A stretch of DNA of 41,297 bases from a bacterium (GCA_963663405.2 CAXXSM010000120.1:1-41297), one strand, 5' to 3'; positions 1 to 9,650 are shown, numbered from the stretch's first letter. Notes: a model not told the origin generated them from the sequence alone. Numbers and translations are program-made.

Positions 1-148
1 TTAAAAGTAATGCCAATATTTCAACTTTTCACGAGTATATCGTAGATGGTTGACAAAAACTAGGTTATATTCTACCTGGCATAGATCAATACCATGTTTA
101 AATGTTATAGTGAAAATTCAGTATTACTTTTAAACATTAGCCACATAA

Positions 149-799
149 TTACCCATGAATCTCCCAATCCCCAGAAACACAACTTGGTACTTCATATCCA
201 ACCACTTCATACGCAACCAACAACAGCAATGAATAGGAATCATTTTCCAGCGTATAATAACGGCCGTTATGATAATAACTCCATGAATACAGGGTTTCCG
301 GCGCGTTTTCAAAATGTATTTCAGGAATCCCATCCGGTTCTTCAAAATCTGGAATGCGTCCCAAGGATTCGCCATCATTCGTGAATTGATAGGAATAACC
401 CTCATTATCCGGTAGATAGATTGTATCGTCATCAATGAAAATCTGGCCTAGCAATTCTTGTTCAACAGGCAATGACCACATATCTCGTTGATAATCCATC
501 CCCAAAAGATATTTTACGGATTGAAAATGTTCTGTGTCAGCGAAATACTCCGTAGAATTTTTCGCCAATCCAGGTAAATAGAGCTGTTGAAAACTGACTC
601 CTTTATAGAATTGATGCGCGCGAATGATTCCCATCAATAAATACGCGTAATCGTCGTGGATCACCGCATCCATGAAATACTGTTGGTCTTGGTTCATCAA
701 CACATATTGATCCCGCTTAACAAACTCAATCTCATCCGCATACAAAAGAAAACTTGCATGAAGTAGAAGCGCAATCAATAGAAAGGCTTTCCGAATCAT
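149..799 (-). CDS. Secreted hypothetical protein
   Basis: 216 aa ORF with a Sec-type signal (MIRKAFLLIALLLHASFLLYA) and AGGAG RBS upstream; acidic and aromatic-rich; ends PSCVSGDWEIHG; no family recognised. Confidence 0.75.
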   Translation of the reverse strand: MIRKAFLLIALLLHASFLLYADEIEFVKRDQYVLMNQDQQYFMDAVIHDDYAYLLMGIIRAHQFYKGVSFQQLYLPGLAKNSTEYFADTEHFQSVKYLLGMDYQRDMWSLPVEQELLGQIFIDDDTIYLPDNEGYSYQFTNDGESLGRIPDFEEPDGIPEIHFENAPETLYSWSYYHNGRYYTLENDSYSLLLLVAYEVVGYEVPSCVSGDWEIHG

Positions 800-912
800 A
801 ATCCACTCCTACATTTATCATGATTCATATCTCTTCAACTATAATCTAAAATAATCCGCCGATTTAAAACGCCGTTCAAGGGATTCTCATTCCCGATCGT
901 AAAACGAACGTC

Positions 913-1278
913 CTAAAGCCCCCTTCGGCGCAGATCTTTTTCCGAAAGTCCCAGGTGATGGCCGATTTCATGCAGAAGAGTTCTCTGGATTTCGTCCTTA
1001 AGATTATCCCGGTTGCGCGCATACCGCTCTAAATTCTTCCGAAACAGGGTGATCATGGGAGGATGATGGAGAGAGGCGAAAAAACTCTGATTGGGGTATG
1101 AAACACCTTCATAAAGCCCCAAAATACAATCTCTTTTCCTGCCCCCCAACCGGCGCAGCTGCGCAGGCGTGGGGCGGTCCTCGATCGTGATCGACACCTG
1201 CTCCAACGCCTTCCGCACATCCGGCGGAAGTTCCTTCATCAATTCGCTCACAAGAAGCAATATTTCTTCATCAGTCAT
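913..1278 (-). CDS. Zincin-like minimal metallopeptidase (Zincin_1/DUF1025 type)
   Basis: LPP..R..L..V.I.IED, LGLYEG, ITLFR and HEIGHHLG (HExxH) motifs. Confidence 0.85.
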   Translation of the reverse strand: MTDEEILLLVSELMKELPPDVRKALEQVSITIEDRPTPAQLRRLGGRKRDCILGLYEGVSYPNQSFFASLHHPPMITLFRKNLERYARNRDNLKDEIQRTLLHEIGHHLGLSEKDLRRRGL

Positions 1279-1295
1279 AATGTAATTGTATCCCT

Positions 1296-1390
1296 TTTAT
1301 ATGAAAATGAGTCTCCAGAACTAACTCATTCGCAAACTCTTCCGCGACTCATTTTCATTTGCAGGTTGTAATCTAAAACGTGATGGTTCT
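1296..1390 (+). repeat. Dispersed ~90 nt hairpin repeat, copy A
   Basis: 13 bp inverted repeat ATGAAAATGAGTC (1301-1313) / GACTCATTTTCAT (1346-1358) followed by TTGCAGGTTGTAATCTAAAACGTGATGG; aligns with copies at 8455, 22941-23030(-) and 32871. Confidence 0.8.
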
Positions 1391-1546
1391 CATGATGATA
1401 CGCAAATTCAGTATAGATTGTTTCAATTATAGAATTCATATTTTTTTATCTGAATCTGGATAGCCGGGATATCAAGGATTATTTAGGATGAAAAACATCA
1501 GTGTCGCATCCCGAATTGTTGAGCTGGATTATTAACTCCTTTTTTT

Positions 1547-1571
1547 GCGGGCGGGACGCCCCCTCTCCATT
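1547..1571 (+). repeat. REP-like GC-rich repeat (GGGACGCCC family), copy 1
   Basis: GCGGGCGGGACGCCCCCTCTCCATT; similar copies at 13380-13403(-) and 20124-20147(+). Confidence 0.7.
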
Positions 1572-1641
1572 CAGTCGCCCCTTGCCGGAGCGCGCTCCCG
1601 CTGGATACAATTACGAGTAGCTAAGGCAAGGCGGCGCTCTT

Positions 1642-1667
1642 CCTTCAGCCTTCAGTCTTCAACCTAA
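1642..1667 (+). repeat. Heptamer-based 26 bp repeat, copy 1
   Basis: CCTTCAG-CCTTCAG-TCTTCAA-CCTAA, identical to 33214-33239. Confidence 0.8.
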
Positions 1668-1694
1668 ACACCTAGAAAAAGAAAGAATGTTCTG

Positions 1695-3632
1695 ATGATT
1701 TGTATTACCGGGGGCCAGCTGCGATTAGGCGGGAACATCATTTTCTCGGATTTGTCCTGGCGGATCGACGCGGGCAAGCGGATCGGTTTAGTCGGCCCGA
1801 ACGGGTCTGGTAAAACCTCGATTCTGCGGGTATTGACGGGGGAATATACCCTCGAAAATGGAAGGGTTGAATCGGCGAAAAACTTCACGATCGGCTATCT
1901 GCCGCAGGATAGCGCTGAACTTCCCCAACAACGGGTGCGGGAGATCCTATGGAGCGCGTTCGAGCCGGTTAATCGCATGGAAGAAGAGATGCAGTCTCTT
2001 CTTCAGACCATCCAGACCACTGTCGATTCCACCCCGGAACATGACCGCGCGCTCCATCAATACGCCGAATTGCAGGAAGCCTTTCAAGAACAAGGTGGAT
2101 ACAGCCGCGAATCCGACGCGAAAAAAGTCCTGCTTGGTTTAGGCTTCGATCATAGTGATTGGGACCGCCCCGCCGCCGAATTCAGTGGCGGTTGGCGGAT
2201 GCGTATCCTCCTCGCTAAACTCCTGCTGCAGAAACCGGATCTGCTGCTCCTTGACGAACCGACAAACCATCTCGACGCGGACGCGCTATTATGGTTTGAA
2301 CAATACCTGACCGGCTCCCAAACCGGTATGGTCGCCGTGAGTCACGACCGCTATTTCCTTGACCGCATCGTTTCTGAAATCGCGGAGATTGAAACGCGCC
2401 GGTTTCGCCTGTTTAAAGGCAACTACTCCAAATATCACGTTAAAAAAGAAGAATTGCGCGAACAACTGTTAGCGCAAAAGCGCAACCAGGACCGGGAAAT
2501 CGCCCAAATCGAAAACTTCATCGATCGCAACCGCGCCCGCAAAGACCGCGCCGCCCAAGCCCAATCACGCATTAAACTGTTGGAAAAAATGGAACGCATT
2601 GAGATCGAAGAAATCCAAGACACGGTCTCGATCCCCCTGCCCACAATTCCACGCAGCGGCAAAGAAGTCATTACATTGGATCAAGTGGAACACCTTTATG
2701 ATGAAACGCGCGCTCTCCATCCAGTTTCCTTTTCCCTCTACCGGGGCGAACGGATCGGCGTCTGGGGGGCGAACGGCGCGGGTAAGAGTACGCTGCTCTC
2801 TCTCATGGCCAAAAAGTTCGAACCTACGCGGGGGACCGTGACGTGGGGCTATAACACCCACCTCGCCTATTTCTCCCAGCATCACGCCGAATTGCAGAAT
2901 TCCCAGCAATCGATCTACGACGAACTCGCCGCCGTAGCGCCCGCTGAAATGCAGACCCGTTTGCGGGACACGCTCGCCTGCTTCCTCTTCCGCGGCGACG
3001 ACATCTTCAAACCGGTCTCCGTCTGCAGCGGAGGTGAGAAAAGCCGCTTGGCGCTGGCGAAACTTCTGGTCCGGCCTATCAACGTCATGATCCTGGACGA
3101 ACCTCTCAATCACTTGGACCTTAATACGATCGAAATCTTTGAGGAAACATTAAAACAGTACGATGGAACTTTAATTTTTGTCTCGCACGATCGCTTTTTC
3201 ATTGACCGTCTGGCTCACCAGGTTTGGGAGATCATCGATGGGCGTCTCCGGGTGTTCCGGGGGAACTTCACCGATTACGAATACGCCAAACGCAGTTTGA
3301 TGGATGATGAAGAGAAAAACAACGGCCAAGAGATCGGCGCCCGGTCCGCCCGCCAACAGAAATTGGACCAGAAACGCCAAGAAGCGGAAGAACGAAACCG
3401 CCTCTTCTCAATCCGCCGCGAACAAGAGAAAAAATGCGAGTCCATCGAAGAGCAGATCCACGAGATCGAAGAGGAAATTGAGTTCATCGAAGAACGCATG
3501 GCCTCCGGCCAACTAATTCATTCCCCCTCCGAGATGGCCAAAACCCACAAGCGTTATAAAACGCTGTTAAAACAGAAAGAAAAACTATACGCTAAATGGG
3601 AAAAAATGGTGGAAGCAATCCAGGTGGAATGA
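1695..3632 (+). CDS. ABC-F family ATP-binding protein (Uup/YheS-like)
   Basis: Two ABC domains (GPNGSGKT, FSGGW, LLDEPTNH; GANGAGKS, SGGEK, ILDEPLNH), helical inter-domain linker, C-terminal coiled coil, no TM segments. Confidence 0.95.
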   Translation: MICITGGQLRLGGNIIFSDLSWRIDAGKRIGLVGPNGSGKTSILRVLTGEYTLENGRVESAKNFTIGYLPQDSAELPQQRVREILWSAFEPVNRMEEEMQSLLQTIQTTVDSTPEHDRALHQYAELQEAFQEQGGYSRESDAKKVLLGLGFDHSDWDRPAAEFSGGWRMRILLAKLLLQKPDLLLLDEPTNHLDADALLWFEQYLTGSQTGMVAVSHDRYFLDRIVSEIAEIETRRFRLFKGNYSKYHVKKEELREQLLAQKRNQDREIAQIENFIDRNRARKDRAAQAQSRIKLLEKMERIEIEEIQDTVSIPLPTIPRSGKEVITLDQVEHLYDETRALHPVSFSLYRGERIGVWGANGAGKSTLLSLMAKKFEPTRGTVTWGYNTHLAYFSQHHAELQNSQQSIYDELAAVAPAEMQTRLRDTLACFLFRGDDIFKPVSVCSGGEKSRLALAKLLVRPINVMILDEPLNHLDLNTIEIFEETLKQYDGTLIFVSHDRFFIDRLAHQVWEIIDGRLRVFRGNFTDYEYAKRSLMDDEEKNNGQEIGARSARQQKLDQKRQEAEERNRLFSIRREQEKKCESIEEQIHEIEEEIEFIEERMASGQLIHSPSEMAKTHKRYKTLLKQKEKLYAKWEKMVEAIQVE

Positions 3633-3799
3633 AAGGAACTGCCTCCGGCGCATTCGTGGAAAAGCACTCACTTTCGTGATGATTTTAGACTGCCGGTAAA
3701 AAATATTCGGGTATACTATAGAAATGTAGACACTTCAAATACGATGCGTAGAGGGATTAAAGGGGATTATCAAATCATCAATAGCAGGGGAGTTTGATT

Positions 3800-4735
3800 A
3801 TGGATATAAACAAAGATATTCTCATGGAAGCGGGAACGAACGAACTGGAAATCCTCGTCTTCCAAATCGATGATGAATACTATGGAATCAACGTCGCCAA
3901 GGTTCGTGAAGTGATTCATCTACCGGTTTTGACCCAACCTCCCGGACGGCATCCATATGTGATTGGTATCTTCAGCCTTCGCGGAATCATGATCCCCGTC
4001 GTAAACGTCCGCCTTTGGATTGGATTAGCGGACCGTGAACTCGACAAAAAAGACCGGGTCATCGTAACGGAATTCAACAAAGTGTGGTTCGGCTTTTTAG
4101 TTAACAAAGTAGACCGTATTTACCGGGTCTCCTGGGAACAGATCACAGCGCCCCCCGATGAAATCGGCGCCGCTAGTTTTGTGACAAGCGTGGCGCATAT
4201 CGACGATCGGCTCATTCTGATGCTCGATTTCGAGAAAGTCGTCCATGATATCTCACCCAGCGAAGAACTCATGGCTAAAATCGAAAAAGGTGAAGGTTCC
4301 TTCGAGCGTGAAAACTGCCGGATTCTCGCCGCTGAAGATTCAAGCATGATGCGCGAATTGCTCACGAACACCCTTCACAGCGCTGGATACGATAATATTG
4401 ATATGTGTCCGGATGGCGCCGAAGCATGGAAAACTTTAGAAAAATGCGCGAAGGAATTACAGCCGGGGGAATCGATTTTCGACCGCTATAACCTTGTGAT
4501 TTCCGATATCGAAATGCCGCAGATGGATGGGCTTCATCTGACCAAGGCGATTAAAAGTCATGACATTTTGAAAGAACTCCCCGTCGTCATTTTCTCGTCT
4601 CTAATCAGCCACGAAAATAAGATCAAATGCGAATCCGTCGGCGCGAACGCGCAAGTCACAAAACCGGAAATCGCCAAACTCGTCGGCCTCATCGATACCC
4701 TCATTGAACAACAATTTGTCCAAGAAGGGGAGTAA
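3800..4735 (+). CDS. cheV: Chemotaxis protein CheV (CheW domain plus receiver domain)
   Basis: GTNELEIL..F, YGINVAKVREV, LDFEK (CheW) followed by AEDS, SDIEMPQMDG, IFSSL, K (receiver); ATG at 3800 follows a GGGAG RBS. Confidence 0.93.
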   Translation: MDINKDILMEAGTNELEILVFQIDDEYYGINVAKVREVIHLPVLTQPPGRHPYVIGIFSLRGIMIPVVNVRLWIGLADRELDKKDRVIVTEFNKVWFGFLVNKVDRIYRVSWEQITAPPDEIGAASFVTSVAHIDDRLILMLDFEKVVHDISPSEELMAKIEKGEGSFERENCRILAAEDSSMMRELLTNTLHSAGYDNIDMCPDGAEAWKTLEKCAKELQPGESIFDRYNLVISDIEMPQMDGLHLTKAIKSHDILKELPVVIFSSLISHENKIKCESVGANAQVTKPEIAKLVGLIDTLIEQQFVQEGE

Positions 4736-5020
4736 TATCCCAAACGGGATATTCCATTGCGATCCTTCTTATATACCTTTCTTTAAACAACATTCCTAAA
4801 AAGCCTTCATCAACCATGCCACTCCAACCTATCCCTAATTCATCTCCAAAGCCAAATTCTGATGCAATTTCTTCATGAACAACAGATAACTGTATTGTAA
4901 TACATTATGCAGAAACAATAGATGGAAAACCAATAGATCTATTCAAATTTGCCTTGACATTCGAGGAGAAATATCATAAATTCCAGAAACCTTTGAATAA
5001 ATTGTTGGGCAGTGAAAATA

Positions 5021-5398
5021 ATGGTGAAACGAAAAGATAGACGCTGGGAACTTTTTAAATGCAAACGTTGTGGGAAGTGTTGCATTGAAATCGGCCTACC
5101 ATATGATCCTGCAAGGATATTTGAGATCGCAAATTTCTTAGAACTAAGTGTCACTCAAACAATTAATAAATATTATGGTTCATTACTGCCAGACGACAAA
5201 GAATGGGTGTCTGATGATAATAAAAGGACGCCATGTCCATTTATTGCTATTGAAGATAAGAAGAAAAAATGCTCTATTTATGAAGTACGCCCTTTAGGAT
5301 GCAGGCTTTACCCTTTCGACACTGATTTCGGAAGGGCTGGTGTTGATTGTCCAGGTGCTAAAATTGTGTTTGAAAAACTTCTAACTGAAGAATCTTGA
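5021..5398 (+). CDS. YkgJ family cysteine-cluster (CxxCxxCC) protein
   Basis: FKCKRCGKCC, CPF, CSIYEVRPLGCRLYPF; visibly AT-richer than flanking core genes; alternative GTG start at 5012. Confidence 0.88.
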   Translation: MVKRKDRRWELFKCKRCGKCCIEIGLPYDPARIFEIANFLELSVTQTINKYYGSLLPDDKEWVSDDNKRTPCPFIAIEDKKKKCSIYEVRPLGCRLYPFDTDFGRAGVDCPGAKIVFEKLLTEES

Positions 5399-5419
5399 CT
5401 TTATCCTTTTTAGGTATTC

Positions 5420-5449
5420 GGCGCCTCATAAAGACGCGATCCATCCTAC
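5420..5449 (-). repeat. GTAG-type REP-like palindrome, left copy
   Basis: Minus strand reads GTAGGATGGATCGCGTCTTTATGAGGCGCC; 25/27 identical to 8380-8406 in inverted orientation. Confidence 0.75.
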
Positions 5450-5509
5450 GGGATTGACAATCTAGTAAACGGCTCTTTTAAACATACTGATACTATGGAG
5501 GAAAGTGTT

Positions 5510-6853
5510 ATGAAAAAGGATATGGTTTTGATGTTGTGTATGTTCTGTACGCTCGTATTTCTTTCACCGGCTGTATACGCGCAAGATTCCGTGCTGAAAG
5601 TGGGGATTGCTAAGACTGACATTACCCCAAGCGAAAGCCTGTACATGGGCGGCTATGATTCAAATATGCGCGATCAACCTTCCGATGGCGCTTTCGGTAA
5701 AATTTACATCCGCGCGCTTGTATTTGATAATGCAATAACCAAAGTGGCGTTTGTTATCTGCGATCTTGTGGATTGCAGTAATCATGATGAGATACGGCAA
5801 AGTGTATCGCAGGCGGCGGGAATTCCAGTCGACAATATCCTGCTCAGCTCAACCCACAACCACGCCGCGCCGGTTATCGGAGGACCGAACAAAGACAGCC
5901 AGTGGAGCAGGCAGTTTACCGGCAAAGTCATTGAAACAGTAAAAAGCGCAATGAATGACTGCGAAGAAGTGAAAATCGGTGGCGGCGCTGGCTGTTCAAA
6001 CATCGCGATGAACCGCCGCAAAAAAATGGAAGATACGTATTCGTACCTTACCTTTGATGAAAACAACTCCAGCCAATCCGCTGGCAAGTACAAGACGGAT
6101 AATCCAGTGAAAATTCGTGAAATTGCGGGCGTGTATAGACTCGGACTGAATCCGGACGGCCCCATCGACGATGAAGTGGGAGTCATCAGAATCGATACCG
6201 TGACGGGTAAACCGAAGGCCGTGTTCATTAATTACGCCGCCCACGGCACATCTCTTGGGGGCAGAAATCGCACAATCAGCCCTGAATGGATGGGGCACAT
6301 GATCGAATTTGTTGAAGCGGAAATACCGGGTGTGACTGGAATTTTCGCGCAAGGCGCGTGCGGCGACATCAACCCACGGTTCGTTGGCGGCCTTGACGGG
6401 GCGATTGATAGCCTCGAAAACACGGCGAAACTGGGGCATGAAATCGGAAAAGAGGTTGTGAGAGTGTATTCCGGAATCAAAACCTCCGATCTCGTTGACA
6501 ACACAATCAAACTGGTTAAAAAGGATATTGTCTGCCCCCTGAAATACAACTGGGTCATGAAGGATTTTAAAACAACAACGGTTAATGTGCCGGTGACTGT
6601 CCTAAAGATCGGCGAATTCACCTGGGTAACCTTCCCTGGGGAACTGTTTCACGAAATCGGAAAACAGATCAAGGGCATCACACACTCAAGGTTTTCTTAT
6701 CTCGTCGCATATTGCAACGGAAGCCTAGGATACATGCCGACACAAAAAGCATACAGCGAAGGCGGATACGAGCCGAATTCTTCGCGTTTTGCTCCGGTTA
6801 CTGAAAAAGTATTTGTCGCTGGAGTGAAAAAAATACTAAGCGAATTGTACTGA
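5510..6853 (+). CDS. Secreted neutral/alkaline ceramidase-fold amidohydrolase
   Basis: Signal peptide (ends AVYA); GIAKTDITP, STHNHAAP, NYAAHGT, QGACGDINP, PGELF, GYMPT..EGGYE motifs; GGAGG RBS before ATG 5510. Confidence 0.85.
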   Translation: MKKDMVLMLCMFCTLVFLSPAVYAQDSVLKVGIAKTDITPSESLYMGGYDSNMRDQPSDGAFGKIYIRALVFDNAITKVAFVICDLVDCSNHDEIRQSVSQAAGIPVDNILLSSTHNHAAPVIGGPNKDSQWSRQFTGKVIETVKSAMNDCEEVKIGGGAGCSNIAMNRRKKMEDTYSYLTFDENNSSQSAGKYKTDNPVKIREIAGVYRLGLNPDGPIDDEVGVIRIDTVTGKPKAVFINYAAHGTSLGGRNRTISPEWMGHMIEFVEAEIPGVTGIFAQGACGDINPRFVGGLDGAIDSLENTAKLGHEIGKEVVRVYSGIKTSDLVDNTIKLVKKDIVCPLKYNWVMKDFKTTTVNVPVTVLKIGEFTWVTFPGELFHEIGKQIKGITHSRFSYLVAYCNGSLGYMPTQKAYSEGGYEPNSSRFAPVTEKVFVAGVKKILSELY

Positions 6854-7126
6854 AGAGATTAGCTTGACTACGATTTGCCCTTCTGAGATTAGCATTCTAA
6901 GATTCACCCCACGTTAGGTCTAATATCCCAATTTTCTTTCTGCTAGGCTAGAGCTTCAAACCGGTTTTTAAATCATGGATAACGGTTTCGAAAGTGGAAA
7001 GGTTACATTTGACATGAATGTCATGATTGCCTGATGTAATTTTTTTATTATCAACAGTTAACCGACTTATAAGATATTTCGGCGAAACAATAAATGGAAA
7101 GTCTATAGATATATTTATAATTTACC

Positions 7127-7155
7127 TTGACCTTAAAGGAAATATAGCATATATT
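7127..7155 (+). promoter_or_regulatory. Putative sigma70 promoter
   Basis: TTGACC-N17-TATATT about 50 nt upstream of the 7208 ORF. Confidence 0.55.
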
Positions 7156-7207
7156 CAAGAAATAATTGAATAGATTGTTCGGCGTATAGAGAAGAGAGAC
7201 ATCTGAA

Positions 7208-8368
7208 ATGAAAGAGAGTAAGCCAGCAGTGGTGGACGGGATTGCTGGGCATAACCGGTGTCGCTCTTGTGTGCTTCCGAAATCACTCGGAATGGTTTTT
7301 TTCGATACGGAAGGTACCTGCAGACTCTGTCGTGAATCCGATGACAAAGCTAAGTCGTCCATACACAACACTTATAATTCCGAAAGACTCGATGAGGAGA
7401 TCGGGCGCATTCGACAACTGGGAGTGGGCCGGCCATATGATGCCGTCGTCGGTTTGAGCGGTGGGCGGGACAGCAGCTACATGACGTACTTGCTGGCTCA
7501 CAGGCACAATCTGCGTCTTCTTGGCGCTTACTACAGAACGCCCTTCACACCGGAGATAAGCGACGCCAACGTGCGCCGGCTTGTACAACATCTCGATATC
7601 CCGCTGGTGAAAATGTCAGTGTCATTGAAATCTCACACCGAGGCGGCTAGAGGCTATTTTCTGCGATGGTATAAAAACCCACGTCCGGAATACGCCGCCT
7701 TGTGTTGCGCTGGGTGTAAGTTGATCTTTCGGGATGTGTATCGGATCGCCCGTCAGTATGACATAAAATCAATTGTGTTCGGCGGAAGCCCATTAGAGAA
7801 TGTGCCGTTCTTGCCGACTTCTCAAAAAACGAGTTCGAAGTCTCACTGCCATAGTTTCGGCCCGCAGTTCAGAAAAATGACAAGGATATTCAGCAAGGGG
7901 CTGAGGATACTGTTCCAGTGCCCGCCCGGACTGCTGCCGTTGTCAATAGGAGCGGCCCTGCTGTACTTGAATCCGCATACACCGTACTTGCGGTTTCGAT
8001 ATCCCAACACGCATTGCCTCGATTATTTTCACTACGCGCCCTGGGTGGAGTCGGACTGTGTTGAAACGATTCAGACTCAATTAGGTTGGCAGTCTAGTCC
8101 GGATGCGGTGGATACGTGGAAATCCGATTGTGATTTCGCGAATCTGAAGAATTACATGTTCTACAAGATGTATGGGGCGACTTACAACGACGCCCTGTAT
8201 AGCAACCTCATTCGTGACGGACAAATGACACGCGGCGAAGCCATTTCCAGAATCCAAGCTGGCGCCGGTCTTTCCGTAGAGCGTATCAACAAAGCAATGC
8301 AGACGATGCGCTTGTCGATGGACATGATTGACTGCGGCGTAATTGAGAAAGCGCGGGAGATTGGTTGA
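7208..8368 (+). CDS. PP-loop ATP pyrophosphatase, N-acetyl sugar amidotransferase (WbpG/PseA-like) family
   Basis: N-terminal CRSC...CRLC, YDAVVGLSGGRDSSY PP-loop, CxxC, W..DCDF and IRDGQMTRGEA motifs. Confidence 0.8.
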   Translation: MKESKPAVVDGIAGHNRCRSCVLPKSLGMVFFDTEGTCRLCRESDDKAKSSIHNTYNSERLDEEIGRIRQLGVGRPYDAVVGLSGGRDSSYMTYLLAHRHNLRLLGAYYRTPFTPEISDANVRRLVQHLDIPLVKMSVSLKSHTEAARGYFLRWYKNPRPEYAALCCAGCKLIFRDVYRIARQYDIKSIVFGGSPLENVPFLPTSQKTSSKSHCHSFGPQFRKMTRIFSKGLRILFQCPPGLLPLSIGAALLYLNPHTPYLRFRYPNTHCLDYFHYAPWVESDCVETIQTQLGWQSSPDAVDTWKSDCDFANLKNYMFYKMYGATYNDALYSNLIRDGQMTRGEAISRIQAGAGLSVERINKAMQTMRLSMDMIDCGVIEKAREIG

Positions 8369-8379
8369 TAATCTTCAAA

Positions 8380-8455
8380 GGGTGGATCGCGTCTTCATGA
8401 GGCGCCATTTTCGTTAATCATTCCCGGTGAGTCGATAAAGCGTGAGGCGCCCTAC
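8380..8455 (+). repeat. REP-like palindrome, right copy, plus degenerate partner ending CCTAC
   Basis: GGGTGGATCGCGTCTTCATGAGGCGCC (8380-8406), then TGAGGCGCCCTAC ending at 8455. Confidence 0.7.
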
Positions 8456-8495
8456 CGCGACTCATTTGCAGTTGTGATCTTGATCATGATGGATT
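8455..8495 (+). repeat. Dispersed ~90 nt hairpin repeat, partial copy B (3' half)
   Basis: CCGCGACTCATTTGCAGTTGTGATCTTGATCATGATGG matches the right half of copies A, C and D with a short deletion. Confidence 0.7.
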
Positions 8496-8541
8496 CTGTG
8501 GAAATGAAAGAAAGTGGGAATCATAATAGTAGAAAATGAAT

Positions 8542-8594
8542 AAAGGCTCCAAGGATAAAACAGGAAAAAGTTTTATCATTTAGGAGCCTTTTTT
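8542..8594. terminator. Probable bidirectional intrinsic terminator
   Basis: AAAGGCTCC/GGAGCCTTT and GATAAAAC/GTTTTATC stems followed by a T-run, between convergent genes. Confidence 0.7.
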
Positions 8595-8621
8595 ACGTTA
8601 AGTCAATGGTATATGACTAGA

Positions 8622-9626
8622 TCATCCTCCCATCTTCTTCAACGCCTTCTCCGCTGTATCTCGCACAATATACGATTTATGCTCACGTTTCGAAGCGACG
8701 AGGTTCTTTAAATCCGCGTCATCCGTCTTCGCGGCGCAGACGATCGCGGCGCAGATGTAATGTTCGGAGAGATCCACATCAGTGGTCAAGAGAAACTTGA
8801 TAAGCCCTTTCGCGTCTTCTACATTTCCCCGCTCGATCAATCCGTCACAATAGCGCATCATGTTATTCACGTAGGCCGCTTTTTGGCGGGGATTCAGTTC
8901 ATCAAAATCTGGAGGGCTGGTCTCCGTCTTGATCCCAATATACGCGATCGCTTTCATCGCGGCCATCGCCACAGTTTTATCCGGTGATTGCAACGCTTCT
9001 TCTAGAGCAGGTAGAGCCTTCTCGCACCGCCGCTGACCGAGGGCGGCGAGAATACGCGGCTTGAATTCATCCGGCGCTTTTTTTAATAGCGAGATCAAAG
9101 CCTCAGACGCTTCTTCACCCGGAATCCGCTGGAGACAGTAAACGACCTCTTCCCGAAGGTCTTCTTGCACAGCCCATTGCGCAATATCCAACACCGAATC
9201 CGCATCCGCGATCAGCGAAAGCGCGCGAAACGCATACTCACGGATCTTATTCGGTTTCAGAAACAACATACTCATCAATTCGCGAGTCACCTGGCGGCGG
9301 TTTCGATCCTCTGTGCTTTTTCCCACGGAATGAACGATCCGGTTGAGCGCTTCCTCAGCGGCCTTCGCGACACCCGGCCGGTCTGAAACAAGCAATTTCG
9401 CCAATGGCTGCATCACAATAGAGCCCAACTCGTCCGCTTTCGACCAGGCTTTATAGCGCACGTTCTCATCGTGGTCCTTGATCTGCGCGAGGAACGCGTC
9501 GATTTCCGCTGTCCGGTCCGGCCGGCTTCTTCGCTCTCTCGCCATGCTTTCACTTGCGGCGATAGTCATCGCCCCCGCCGCAATATACGCGCCCCGTCCT
9601 CCGTTGGTTTTATGGGTAGATACCAT
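8622..9626 (-). CDS. HEAT repeat protein
   Basis: Repeated helical units (VRYKAW, LAKLL..D.P.V..AA..AL, LAALGQR, VAMAAMKAI, VRDTAEKAL); 24 nt downstream of the oxidoreductase. Confidence 0.85.
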   Translation of the reverse strand: MVSTHKTNGGRGAYIAAGAMTIAASESMARERRSRPDRTAEIDAFLAQIKDHDENVRYKAWSKADELGSIVMQPLAKLLVSDRPGVAKAAEEALNRIVHSVGKSTEDRNRRQVTRELMSMLFLKPNKIREYAFRALSLIADADSVLDIAQWAVQEDLREEVVYCLQRIPGEEASEALISLLKKAPDEFKPRILAALGQRRCEKALPALEEALQSPDKTVAMAAMKAIAYIGIKTETSPPDFDELNPRQKAAYVNNMMRYCDGLIERGNVEDAKGLIKFLLTTDVDLSEHYICAAIVCAAKTDDADLKNLVASKREHKSYIVRDTAEKALKKMGG

Positions 9627-9650
9627 TGTGCCGATCTCCTTTTCCTCTTT

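Noticed and set aside
4734-4753. AATATCCC/GGGATATT hairpin after cheV, and similar TAxTATCCCAATT words near 6921 and 33875
   Set aside because: No U-tract, and the shared word is too short to call a terminator or repeat family
5004-5010. GTTGGGC just before the AT-rich YkgJ gene (and GTTAGGT near 6913), resembling integron attC core sites
   Set aside because: No matching RYYYAAC inverse core or attC-like hairpin after the genes, and no integrase in the window
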